Positions 10,951 through 24,436 of a DNA stretch of 64,000 nucleotides are shown in pieces. The position numbers and the translations under genes were made by a program. The notes beneath the pieces are model-generated. The model did not search any database and was not told the origin of the DNA. It was given only the letters and a program-made list of their open reading frames with translations. Origin of the DNA: Octopus vulgaris (lineage: Eukaryota); NCBI GenBank assembly GCA_951406725.2, contig OX597817.1, forward strand, positions 13,082,001 through 13,146,000. Reading direction: 5' to 3'. The stretch's first letter is position 1; each line of letters begins with the position of its first letter.

Positions 10951-12493
10951 GGCAATTCAAAAAGAACGAACCGGTTTCATCACGCAATATTTTAATATGG
11001 AAATGCAATATAAAACTCCAGCTGAGTCCCAAGTATTTACTCACAATCAAGTTTTATCTCCCGTCTTCCAAATGTCCAATGTGGCCACCACCTGCAGCAC
11101 AGGTAACATCAACGCAATAAGAGAATTCCTCCCAGCCGTGTGTATCAGCATATCACGATCCACTGAGTTGATTACTGTTGTTATTCGATATTTAAGGCCA
11201 TCGAGGTTAGTGGGTTGCGGTGGAGTCTTCTAAGTTTTAAATGGCTGCCACAGGGGCAGCTGTAGTCGTGTCATTCTTCCGGCAACTTTTAGTTGTTTGT
11301 TTGCACTCAGAATGGTGAGTCCTTAGCAAAAGGCATTGTGTTATAGAGTTTGCGAAAACAAATTCAGTTGTCACGGTTCCGCGTGGTTTTCGAATGCAGT
11401 TCGACATTAATCCACCCCCTCTTAAGAACATTCAATGGTGGTTTCAACAGTTTGAAAAGAGATGGGTGTCTGTGTAAAGGGAGAAGTCCATGAGTTTCGG
11501 AGAAACAAGTGGTAAGAATGCATATGAGGGGAGCCCTCAGATGTGCACAAATCGAGCTAGCTGTGAGCTTGCGATCGCTCAATCCACTATCTGGTGTGTG
11601 CTAAGAAGATGTCTACATTTGAAACCATACAGACTACACCTTGTTCAGGCACTTACCAATGACAACAAGAAGAAGCAGATGGAATTTTGCGAATCGATGC
11701 TGGGGATGATGGAAGACAAAACCTTCATTTCACAGGTAATTTTTAGTGATGAAGTGACTTTGCACCTGAGCAGCACAGCCAATCATCATCATGTGCATAT
11801 TTGGGGAACAGAGCACCGACATGAAACAGTTGAGCATGAAAGGGAATCCCCCAAAGGGGAATATCTTCTGTGCTGTGTCTCAGTACAAGGTTTATGGTCC
11901 CTTTTTCCTCGAAGGAAACACTGTTACACGACATCTTGATACCTTGATATGCTCCAAAACTGGCTCTTCCCTTCATTGCAAGCAGATTCGTATGATTTCA
12001 TTTTACAAGATGGAGCACCGCCCCATTGGCACCTGCTGGTTTGAGCCTTTTTTTAGATGAAAAAGTGCCCCAGCGATGGATTGGTTGGAAACACACCCAA
12101 GACCTTGCTCTTTGTGCTTGGCCTGTGAGATCCCCGTACCTCACTCTGTGTGATTTTTTTTCTTGTAGGGATATGTAAAAGATTGCATTTATGTTCCACC
12201 ACTATACACTAACCTACAATGACCTTAAACATCGAATAACAACAGTGATCAACTCAATGCTGTGTAAAGGAAAAAAAGTCCAGGACGACCATGAGAAGAA
12301 TTCCCAGAGAAGAATTCTCTTATCACGTTCATGTTGTGCGTGCTGCAGGTGGTGGTCACATGGAACACTTGTAAGACAGGAAATAAAAGTTGACTGTGAG
12401 TAAAATACTTGTGACTCAGCTGGAGTTTTCTATTGCTTTCCCTTATTAACATACTGCGTATTGAAATAGGTTCATTTTTTTTTAATAACCCTG
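10948..12493 (+). mobile_element. Tc1/mariner DNA transposon (rosa/DD41D-related, DUF4817-type HTH), decayed, long TIRs, in a TA-rich site
   Basis: Inverted termini cagggcaattcaaaaagaacgaacc / ggttcattttttttaataaccctg; transposase motifs FSDE..HL, QDGAPPHW, RWIG, WP.RSP.LT.CDFF. Confidence 0.88.
11300..12375 (+). pseudogene. Tc1/mariner transposase pseudogene
   Basis: CVIEFAKTNSVVTV..GFR.QF...PP (HTH), HLKPYRLHLVQAL, IFSDEVTLHL, VHIWGTE, GPFFLEG; several frameshifts and stops. Confidence 0.85.
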
Positions 12494-12494
12494 T

Positions 12495-12530
12495 GTATAT
12501 ATATATATATACACATTTATGCACATAAAC

Positions 12531-12561
<31 letters not shown>

Positions 12562-12625
12562 TACATGCATGTGTGTATGTATACATATACATATATATTT
12601 ATGCATGTATGTATGTATCTATTTA

Positions 12626-12669
<44 letters not shown>

Positions 12670-12695
12670 CGTGCATGTGTGTGTGTGTGTGTGTG

Positions 12696-12740
<45 letters not shown>

Positions 12741-12742
12741 CA

Positions 12743-12777
<35 letters not shown>
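12495..12777. repeat. Compound (TA)/(TG) microsatellite
   Basis: Direct inspection. Confidence 0.92.
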
Positions 12778-13651
12778 CCAGAAGGATTTTCAATGAACTA
12801 AACAACACTTAAAATAATCGTCATAAACATTTCACTTCAGAAATATAAATATTTAACTATTATTGTTAAGCTATGACAAACGGGTTTTTTTGTCAACAAC
12901 CTGAAATATAGATATATGTTGTTGCTTAGTTCCAGTTGAGCAGACCTGTGCTCAAAGCTACACAAGCTATAATACAGTACTGTCATTTTGTATATCTAAG
13001 ACTACATTGTTTGCTATTACACATATATACATATACAGAAATACATTTTTTCCAAGATTTAGACTTTAAACTGTGAATGAAAATGAGGTGAAATTAAAAA
13101 AAAAATATATATAAGTAGTTATAAAGTTGCAGTCAAACAGAGTAAACTAATTTAAGGCAAAATGACTTATTCTTTAAAATATGAACATTTTTTTGGAATG
13201 AATTGATTGAAGGCATTATAGTTAATACAAAAATATAAACAACCAATAACAAATAAATATAATCATCTGAAAGATAATCTCATAAACTAAAGACAAAATA
13301 ATGGCATCTAAATTGTCTACACACTATATACATATATACATGGTTACTGGAACACCAATACGGTGTGGGTTGTGTGTATATAACTTTTGGGCCTTTTAAT
13401 AATTCAAATCCTATAGCAATCACTTTCACAAATTGTCTATGAAATCACAAAAAAGAGAGTAGTGATCAAGTGAATCTTTACTTGTAATAGATGAAAGTGT
13501 ATATGTATATATATATGCATACAAATATATATATATATATACATATATATATAAATATACATACATCTATATACTTATATACATAGTGAGAATTTACAGA
13601 AAAACAAGACGAAGACTTGTCTAAACAACAAACAGATGTATTAGAATTACT

Positions 13652-13693
<42 letters not shown>

Positions 13694-13744
13694 ATCCAAA
13701 TATGAAAGCACAAAGAGAAAACAACGTGAGGACGTGGAACAAGT

Positions 13745-14143
13745 ATAATACATATATACATACATATATATATATATACATATACATACACATATATATT
13801 CATATACATACACATATATATTCATATATATACACACATATATATACATATATATATATATATACATATATATACACACATATATATATGTATACACATA
13901 TAAATACATATGTATTATATACATATATATATATACATATATGCATACATATATATATACATATACATACATACATGCATATATACATACATATATACAT
14001 ATATACATACATATATACATACATATATACATACGTATATACATACATACGCACATATATATATATATACATACACATATATATACATATACACACACAT
14101 ATACATACACAAGGACACACACACACATATATATATATATATA
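13745..14143. repeat. Compound (TA)/(CA)/(TACA) microsatellite
   Basis: Direct inspection. Confidence 0.93.
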
Positions 14144-14417
14144 TGGAGAATTATTGTTTTCAAAAGTTATATAATTTGAATTTATATTTATGTTACAAAC
14201 ATATCAATATCTTTTAACCTGAAGATACTAATAACAGTTTTACTAACTCAAATAGATATTTTTAAAAAATCCTTCTGGTACAGCTAAGAAAAAAAAATAC
14301 TTAGAGGAATGTTACAGTTTATACTTAAACAGTTATTAGCAGCATATTTAAGAAAGATTTCTAAATCACTTTGTTCTTTCAAATACTTCTGAGACATATA
14401 TCTTTTTAGTTGAAAGC

Positions 14418-15192
14418 TTAGAAAGCCCTGTTGACAGGTGTTTTCTTTGAAGAATCTTTTTTTATGTTGTGAACGCCATTTGAATCAGAATCAGCGGAAT
14501 CTTGGACCAGACCAACGTCTGACCAACTGGAGCTTTCAGAATCTGAATGGCCAGCATTAGATTCTAAATGTTCACTATTCTTTTCCACATCATCTGAGAG
14601 ATTTGGTAGAACTCTCTGCGGACATGGTGCAGAGGTATTTTCTGATTCTTTTTCCAACGGTATTTCTTCATTTTTGGGAGTACAGTCATTATTGAGACTG
14701 TCTGTGGTATCATTAGCAGACAAAGTAGAAGCAATTGCATTACCATTATCAGCAGGATCACAAAAAGCAACTAAATCGGGTTTAGCTGTGTCATTAGAAT
14801 TATTTGCTTCAACTTTGGCTTTGATGCCAGGTGGTGACACTGTAATGTTTGTATTGCTAGTTTTATTCTTATCAGATTTTTCTTTAGGAGATCTGAACAT
14901 CATTAATTGGTGTTGGCGAGTCATTTCACTTGCAGCACTACTAGGAGGTTCACTGTCACTATCCATGGTTGGGGAGCCATCTGTTGGGCCTGCCACACAC
15001 TGATTATCAATCATTTTCATACTTGCTTCAGATGAGAATGAGCCAGCCAAAGGAACCAAACTCTGAGAATCTTCTTTCTTTTGACTTTTATACAGGGGTA
15101 CCGTTAAAGAAGATTGATTACTAATGTCACTGTTATGATGTTGACTTGAATGACTCAGAACAGAAATGCATTCAGGTGAGGCATATGAAGAT
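14418..15192 (-). CDS. RUNDC3: RUNDC3 probable terminal exon, Ser/Asp-rich low-complexity tail (~257 aa) ending in TAA
   Basis: Acceptor ttttcag at 15193-15195, phase 2, open through ORF 14418..15059. Linkage to RUNDC3 is inferred from strand and phase only. Confidence 0.75.
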
Positions 15193-15465
15193 CTGAAAAA
15201 TAAATAAATAAATAAATAAATAAAATTTCCAACATTTTCAGTGAATTTGCAAAATGGAAAAATTTATTTTGAATATTTTTTGTATTTTTGCAGCAAACTT
15301 TGAAAACAATAAACTGTTTTAGAATACTTAGAAAATAATATTTTTTCCTCATTTTTTTTTTCTTTTTCTCTCTCTCTCTCCCATTTTGTTTTCAGTTGTT
15401 TGTTTCTGTTCTGAATTCCAACTCTAAATATCTCAGTTTGATATGTATGTATGTATATATATATG

Positions 15466-15509
<44 letters not shown>

Positions 15510-15631
15510 TGCTTCACCACATACCAAAAATTTAGAAATAGCAGCCAAAAGACAGCTAATTCTTTTAACTACAAATATGACTCCACAGACAATAAATAAT
15601 TAATTAATAATTCTTTACCCTATATCTGTAA

Positions 15632-15664
<33 letters not shown>

Positions 15665-18600
15665 CACGTTTTAAGTGGGCTTTTGGGGTTTTCTTGTTCC
15701 TTTGGACCAGTAGGTTTACTACACTGTTGTTGAACTTTGGACATAAGAGTATTTAGTCAGTTTTAGATTCAATTCTTTGTGGATATCATAGGTATGATAT
15801 ATGTATTCATATGCGTATTCATTCATTTGTATTCATACATAGTTGTTTTTTTCTCTCCCATGGTAGTGTGGGTTAGATAAATATCACAACGGAACACCTT
15901 AGATAAATATATCACAGTGGAACACCCTTACCTGCTTTTCAAATAAAGGATTTCTTAATCTATGCATCTTCAAAGGAACAAAGCCAGTGAATGATTTGTT
16001 GACTGAGGAAATGATAACATTACTACCCAAAGCTCAGTGACTTTTGGAATAGTACAGATCTAAACACACACACACAGAGGTTTCTTTTAGTTTCCATCTC
16101 CCAAATTCATTTACAAGGCTTTGATAGATTCAAGGCTATAATAGAAGACACTAGCCCATCGTGCAGAATGATTGAACTGAAACAATGAGGTTGGGAAACA
16201 AAATTCTTAACCATACAATCATGCCTGCATCTATATATGTAAATGTATATATCCTCATCACCATCATCATCATCAAGCTTTAACATCTGTTTCCAATGCT
16301 GTCATGGGTTGGATAGTTTGATCAGAGCTGGCAAGCTGGAGAGCTACACCAGGTTCCGGTCTGATTTGGCTTGCATTGTACCACTGGATGCCCTCCTAAC
16401 ACCAACCACTTTAGAGTGTGTGCTGGGTGCCTTTAACATGGCATATATGTCTGTGTGTTTGTGTGTGTGTGTGTAGGTGCATGTGTACGTGTATACAAAT
16501 ACATATCAATATGTGTAATTTTATTTTATTGTACTATTTCTTATTTTATCAAGATTATTTTTATTGTTTGCATTAATGGTTAAATACATCAACTTAGGAA
16601 GAATCTATTGTTAAAAAACCTCAATTATAAGCAGAAAAATTAGTATACTTAAAAACAACTTATTTATACTTAGCAAGCAATGCTTCCAAACTTTGAAAGC
16701 CAGCATCCATGAGGTAACAGAAAAAAAAAACGAAAAAAACTATCAAGTATTGTGTATGAAAAAAGAAAAAGAAAGAATAATGACAATAAATTGAGTAAAT
16801 AGATAATTATGCAATACAATGAGAGAGAGAAAACTGAATCTGAAACTGACTGAATACTCAAGAGTCAAAAGTTGAAACAGTAACAATACAATAACCATAC
16901 AGGTACAGAGGTGAAAAAACAAAAAAATAGAATACAGTTCAGGAATGAACTAACTCGTATATCAAGGCATTACTGTATGTATTAAACTGACCAACTGAGG
17001 CAGTATATAACAAATTGTCAACAGGCCAGTTAATGCAGTATTTGTCCCAAGATGACAACTCTTCTTGGTGAGCGTATCAACAGTGTGTATACAAAAAGTA
17101 TGATACATAGCTGGCTAATTTAACCCTTTTGATACCAACCCGGCTGAAACCGCCTCTGGCTCTGTAGTACAAATGTCTTGTTTTCAAAAGTTCTGAATTA
17201 AAATCTTCCACCAAAACTTAGTCGTAATATATGTTCCTAACACTAGTTTAATGATAACTAAGTTATTTTACTAAATTCTTTGTTATATTTAAAATCAATT
17301 AAAAGAAACACAGAGCATCTCAAAATAAATATGGTAACAAAAGGGTTAATTGAATAATGCTTCAATTGCATATACTGGATTTTTAATCAGTTGGGTAGCT
17401 ATTTGCAACATCAGTGAATCTTTTATTCATTTCTTCCATCATCAGAGATGACTAATTCTTGTTCACTTGTGTTGCTGGCTGTGAGTATACACCATTGAAG
17501 AGACCCAAAAAGGTTGAAATGCATCTGGTGCTTTTGTTGGGACAAATTTTCATCTCTCTCTGATATTTGTCGTGTTTTTTAAAGTCTACAAGAGATGTTA
17601 TCTCTGAACAAATACTGCAGTAACTGGCCTATCAAATGTGTGTAGACATTAAGTATGATACCTAGATGGCTATTTTGGCATGAATAATGTTGAAGGAACA
17701 CAAAAGAATAAGGGGAGAGAGAGGGGGAAAAGGGAGCGGAACCCCAGAAGTATATAAAAGCTTATCAATAACTTTTTCTTAAATGAAAGCAGTGGAACGG
17801 GTCAGTGATCAGTTTACAAAGTACAAAAGTACCTTTTGACAAAACAAACTGTACTACTAAAAATAAAAGTGAATAAAGCAAACAGCTTTTATGTGTACTT
17901 AAATGTTAGCCATCCTTCATGATGTTAAAAATATATATATTATTGATTAAAAACAACAGTCCAAATTTATCATAAATAGCACAAAGATTTGTGATAACAA
18001 AAGTAGAAATATTATGTAACTGATGATATCTGAGGACCTATATTTAAAACTGAGTTGTGTAAAACAGTATCTAATCGCCAAAATATAACTGTGTGTGTGT
18101 ATAAGACAAAAATCAAATATAACTGAGTGGCCAGTGCCATAAGTTTGGATGGACAACAAAGATTCATAAAGGTATAGAAAATACCATACAAGATAAATTC
18201 TTGATTAAAAAGTGATATGGATTTGAACAATGAAAATGAATGAAGGTATATTATTAAACATGTCTGAGCATGTGCATGTATGTGTGCCTTCAGCACTTTG
18301 ACCCGTGTCTTGCTTGAGGAAGACCCAGGAGGACATGAGACAAAGTACTGGAGGTTGATCTCAAGACCTTCCACCTCAAGGAAGCGATGACAAAGGCTAG
18401 GCTGGACTGACTGGTGATATGCAGTTCTCAAGAAAACTCACCTATCTCAGTAACAGGGATTCAAGAACCATAATGTGATATGTATATATATATATATATA
18501 TTACGTTTATATATTTGTTTTGCAAGATTCTTGATGTGAAATCGTGTGTTGAAACAGATGTTGTTGCATTTAGGAATGGTCATTTTGCCAGTTTAGCCAA

Positions 18601-21600
18601 TAAAAACACACGCATATTTGCTTCAGCTTTATTTATTTTTTTATTTTTTACATTAATCTTAATCTTATTTCAGCCAAATAAGATTAAGATTAATGTAAAA
18701 AATAAATAAAGCTGAAGCAAATTAACACCAAATATATAGTGCGTGTGTTTTTATTGGCTAAACTGGCAACATGACCATTCCTAAATACAACATATACATA
18801 TTTCACCATTCACTACATCCTCCCCTAAATCCTACCCAATTTCTATAGTTGTCACCTATTCTGCCCTTTACCTACTTATCATCCCTCAACACCTATTCAT
18901 CACTACATTTACTTACCATTCCCCAGTTTCTAATCATTGCTCACTTTCCCATACACTTTCAACCTCTACCCACCTACATTCTCCGGTTTCCCATCCCCAC
19001 TCGTATTCACCTTGTATTTTGAGGGTCCAGCCTGATACTTCATCACCACTATTTAATCTCTTCAGCTCTATCACAATCATTTCTACCCCACTTTTATGAT
19101 GCAAATGGCTGTGTAGCTCCTCTACATCAACAAAACTGTTGTGATTTGGCCCCTTCTCTCATACTTTAATCCCTTATCTCCTGGCACAAAGCTGCCTCCC
19201 TCTGTACTGCAGCCCCACTCAGTCAAAGAAGATTTTAGTCATGTAAGTTTCCCTAACACTCACTCCATACACTGGGAAAGGTATCCAGCCCTAAAACCCA
19301 TACCAAAGCAGACCCTTTGTTTGTTCCTTCTCGAGCCACACCTAGCTCATAAGGGCCGGTTTCCCAGTTTCCTTGGCATATAGGTTCCCCACCTGGACGG
19401 GATGCCAGTCCGTCGCAGGTGAGCTGCAAGATGCAGGAGGAAAGAGTGAGAGAAAGTTGTGGGGAAAGAATCAGCAGAAGTTCGCCATTACCTTCTGCCG
19501 GAGCCGCGTGGAGCTTAGGTGTTTCGTTTATAAACACACACATCGCCCGGTCTGAGATTCGAACCCGCGATCCCTCGGCCACAAGTCTGCTGCTCTAACC
19601 ACTAGGCCATGTGCCTCCACTCAAAGCAGACACTGGAGCATGGTGTAGTCTCTGGACCTGTCATAACCTGTTAAAGCCATCTTACCCATGCCAGCATAGA
19701 GCATGGACAAGGAAGAGTTATTTCTCATGGATTGAGTTTAGCCATGGGTGAAGAGCGTAGGTTGTGTGCGTGTATGTACATGTTGTCCTCTTGGACATGA
19801 CCACATTGTCAAAACGAATTTCTGCTCATGAGAGTAGCATCTGAATATTTCACACGAGTTTAAGAAAGCACTCAGATCATGTGAATTCTTTTTGAATGAT
19901 TCTCTTTTCTGCTATGCAGGACCTGCAATATCTACTGCCATTCCCATACAGCCCAAGTCATTTCAGCAACTTCCAGTTGATTTTGTATGGTGTTGTTTCC
20001 TCTTTTAATCACCATATATAGCTGGCTAACACTGTAACATTGCATCTCACTTGAATCCTAAAAGAGGATTTCTGATTATTCAACCTGGCCTTAAAGAATC
20101 TCACCTTCACCTTAATATACTTCTGTATATGTGTCACTTTGTTTTTAGTGGACAACACCACCACTGCTTCATAGACCAGAGCTTCTCTATTGTACTAACC
20201 ATTCACTATAAACCTTCTATCTTTGCTCAGGGTTTTGGGGTACTCACTAATATGTTTTGATACTAGGTGCACAGCTAATTGAAAGTTATGCCTACTGAAT
20301 TATGAAGCTATGCTGACTGAATATTTTCTGTACCTATTATCTTATGTAAAATGCTAATCCACTGAACTAAGAAAGGCTCTTCTTTCACAGATCTTCACAC
20401 TGTGTAAGAAGTGGGGTACAAACCAGATAACTTTTCAGCAGCACTTTCTCTTGTGGATTTTTGGGCTGGGCATAGAAATGGTGTGGCTGCTAGAGCCTCG
20501 TTATAATAAGGAGCCAGTGTGTGTCTAAGACAGCTTTATTTTGAGAATAAGCTTGAAATCTTCCTACTTAGACCCTTGACAAGGTTTTTAAACACCATAT
20601 GCAGGTGACAGGAGGCTATGTTGATGTAAAGTAGCCTTTTGTTTGATTTTCAATAGGACCTGCATGAACTTATACTGATCCTGAGCATTGTGTTTAAGAA
20701 ACTAACTATGGTTAGGTTGATCTCCATAGTGAGTTAAGAGTGTGAATCATATCTTTCCTGAGCCTCTCCAGGGTGTGCCTGTTTACATCTCTAATGATAG
20801 CCAAAGGATCATGTCTATATAGGCTAAAATGGCTTGATGGGCATTTCTTACCAAGTATGTTTAGTATAAAGAGACTTACATAGTCACAGATATCTATGCT
20901 GACAAATGCTCTCATTGCCATGTTGAAGAAGCCTTCTGTGTCTGTCTAACCCAGGCCAAATCTCTTTGGCATGCACATCAGAAAAAACCTTGCTGTTCAA
21001 TAAAGGTTTGTTTTTGGAACACTGCTAATTAGGCAACCTAAGTGAAAAAAAAAACTATGAGCTAATTCTATAGAACCTTCTGAGGATTAAAAAGAATTTA
21101 TTACATGGGTGCTCTTGGGTATTTACCACATGTGAAGTTTTCTTTCTCTGTCATCATACCTTGTATGCATGTAAAAATGATGATGAGGATGCTGATATAT
21201 AAATGATGATGATGATGACCACATAAGGCAGAGGTATAATTTATACAATCAATAAGTGGTTTTGTACAAACTGATTAGAAACAAATTTTTATCCAGCAAT
21301 TCATTGTGATTAAAGAAATCAAAAATAACTGTGAATATTAATTTAAATTTATTTTATTAATTAAAGAAAATGTATATTGGGATTAATTTAACAATCTATT
21401 TATGTAGGATATGAGAAACCTATTTGTCCAGTGAGATAATGCTTAGAAATCATTGTGCAGTTAGTGTAATATGAATGGATTGTCATAATGAATCATGAAG
21501 TATGAAAAGTAAATAATAATGGATCAGAATTGATATGCAGGAGACAAAGGAACCAGCTCAATCTTATGAAACACTTATCAGATGTCACCTCTTTACTAGT

Positions 21601-24399
21601 TTCAGTCACTGGACTGCAGCCATGCTTGAGCACAATCATGAAGGGTTTAGATAAACAAATTAACTCCAGCACTTTATTTCATTTAAAGTCTGGTATTTAT
21701 TCTATTAGCCACTTTTGTCAAATCACAAAGTCAGAGGGATGTAAACAAACCAATACTAGTTGTCAAGTAGTTGGAGGATAAACACAAACAGATGCACATA
21801 TATATACATATATAAATATACAACAGGCCACCACACAGTTTCTGTCAACTAAATTCATCTCAAGGCATTGGTGAGCCCAGGGCCTGTAGTAGAAGACACT
21901 TGTCTGAGGTACCATGCATCATTTACAATGTTTTCATAAACTAATTTTTTTCTTTGTAGATTTGACATGCCAGCATTTTTTCATGCATTAGTTCACAATT
22001 TAAGTTAAAAGATAGCAGTTTAAAAAATCTCATTGCACATTAAAAACTTTTTTAATATTTTCATTCCTTGTGAAAATGATTAAAGCATTAAAAAACAATA
22101 TTTGTATATTAGACAATGTAACCAATAATTTAAGATAGAAATGAGCAAAAGATCCATGGATGGGAATAAAGTATAATTATAAAAGGGAAAATGGCAGAAA
22201 CTGATGTATAATCAGAGATGGGGTTGTGTAGCAAGCAAAAAATATGTAGCCTATGTCCTGCCAGTAAAACTGTAGCTTTTTTAAATCTTAAATCAGTACT
22301 TATCATTTTTTAATATCATTAATATATAAAACATTTTATATATAAAGTCATTAATATATGATATCATTAATATATAAAAAATATATAAACCCGACAAAAT
22401 CCAAGTAAGAAAAAGAAGTTAATAACTAAAGTTTAAATATATCAATATTCAACTGTGTATGTATTCTGGCATGTATTATATTTTGTGCATTTTGGGGAAA
22501 AGACAAAGAAATAAACAGCTTGAGAAGTTAAGGTAGTGAATTATTGATGTATATTACATCCAGTAACATACAGTATGTTGTCTCCTAATACTAAACATTA
22601 ACTGATCAGACAAACTTGTTAAAACATAATTATGATATTCATGCTATAATGATTACTATTTGGAAACAGGAATAGTCACTAGTTGTAAAAATACCTACTG
22701 CAATAAATTTATTTACATATTTTGGTTTGTAAAGGCAAGAAAACTGATGCCAATATAGGAAAAGAGGTGTAAAGATTTTAAGAGAAAAATGTGTGGAAAA
22801 AATTCTTTGACAACTTAAAAAACCCAATTCAAATAAATAAAAACACAGATGATTTTATTCAAAACCTCAAAGAAACCTAAGTTGATTTAATTTTTGAAGC
22901 CTCTGCCTCCACATATATCTAACAAGATCAAATTTAGAATCCAAGATATAAAAAGAAAACAACTCAGATATATGACTATTACTTTCTTTGAAAATGAATG
23001 ATGGAAGAAAAAATGAAAACAAAGAACATGACTTAAATTCTTACAACAAAATCTTGGCAGCTATGCTTTTACCAAAACAATTTATATCAACTTCTACAAT
23101 CCTGACATTTTATTCATTGCCTACTGTATGAAAAGAAAGGAAAATAATGATTTCTCAAACTGAAGTATCCTAAAAATATATACAATGGGAAAAAAAATGT
23201 ACCAGACAATCCAATGTGAGAACAGAAACAATTTGTTTATACTGACCAAAACTGTTCTTTGTTCAGCCTGAAGAGATTCGAATAAGATTCAGCAATATGT
23301 TAAAGTAGGTATTTCAATTTCATTTTTTGAACTGATTAATCCCAGAGCTGTGAAAGAAGAATTCTACAGTGTTCTGGTTAAAAGAAGGCAAGATTTTTCT
23401 TGTTACTTGATAATTTTAAGAAATTATTCCAGTTATAAGTCCAAAATTTTTTTTTTTTTAAATGTAAATTGGAAAAGATAAAAGATAACAGTACTTTAAA
23501 ATTTGAATTATAGTTTTATAAACCATAGATAATCTTTGTATTTTGCACTAGAGAAGTGTATTTGCAGTGCTGCAGATTTCTGGATTTCTACTGATTATGC
23601 TTTAACAAGTAAAAAGATTTTCAGATTGAAACATGAAGACATAATTGTCTAGGTACATAGATAAAATAAAAAGTTCTGAAAGAAAATTAACTAAATGTGC
23701 CGTATTTTAAAACATATTAGCAAGCAGTGCTGTCAATGAAAAATTGAACACCTCAAGATTTATATAAGCTTATCAACTAGAAAAGAGCCATTGTAACAAA
23801 CATTTCATAGAAGCAGAAACCAATTGACAGAATGTAGTAAAAGAATAACTTGCTACCAAATAAAATCTTTATTACAAAACAAAACACTGACATAAAGAAG
23901 CCAGAATCTAACCCAAAGAGGCAATAAAAAAAGAGACAACTGTCTGGCAAATACATTTTCAATTTAGAATTACAAACATTTAAAAAGAGTAAAATACAAG
24001 TTAATTCGCAGTTTTGAATATTTCTGTTATCATAATATAAATCAGTGAATACCAAATATATTTATTGATATTTAAAATGCTCTTTGTGATTTGTTGTTAT
24101 GGTTACAGGTATACTTGGGAAAGTCTGTGTAACCAATGGTAATGCCAGTGTAAGTGATTCTTCTTATTTATTACTTTTTAAACCGTTTTTCTATTTCTCT
24201 TTACTCTTTTACTTGTTTCAGTCATTTGACTGCGGCCATGCTGGAGCACCACCTTTAATCGAGCAACTCGATCCCGGGACTTATTCTTTTGTAAGCCCAG
24301 TACTTATTCTATCGGTCTTTTTTGCTGAACCGCTAAGTAACGGGGACATAAATACACCAGCATCGGTTGTCAAGCAATGCTAGGGGTACAAACACACAA

Positions 24400-24436
<37 letters not shown>

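Noticed and set aside
8562-14217. Tyr/Ile/His-rich ORFs
   Set aside because: Translations of (TA)/(CA)/(TG) microsatellites
14674-15003. Hydrophobic 109-aa plus-strand ORF
   Set aside because: Antisense shadow of the RUNDC3 terminal exon
24063-24165. Possible extra RUNDC3 exon (minus strand EESLTLALPLVTQTFPSIP)
   Set aside because: Only superficial likeness to vertebrate ELTTPLVNQWPSL; no convincing acceptor
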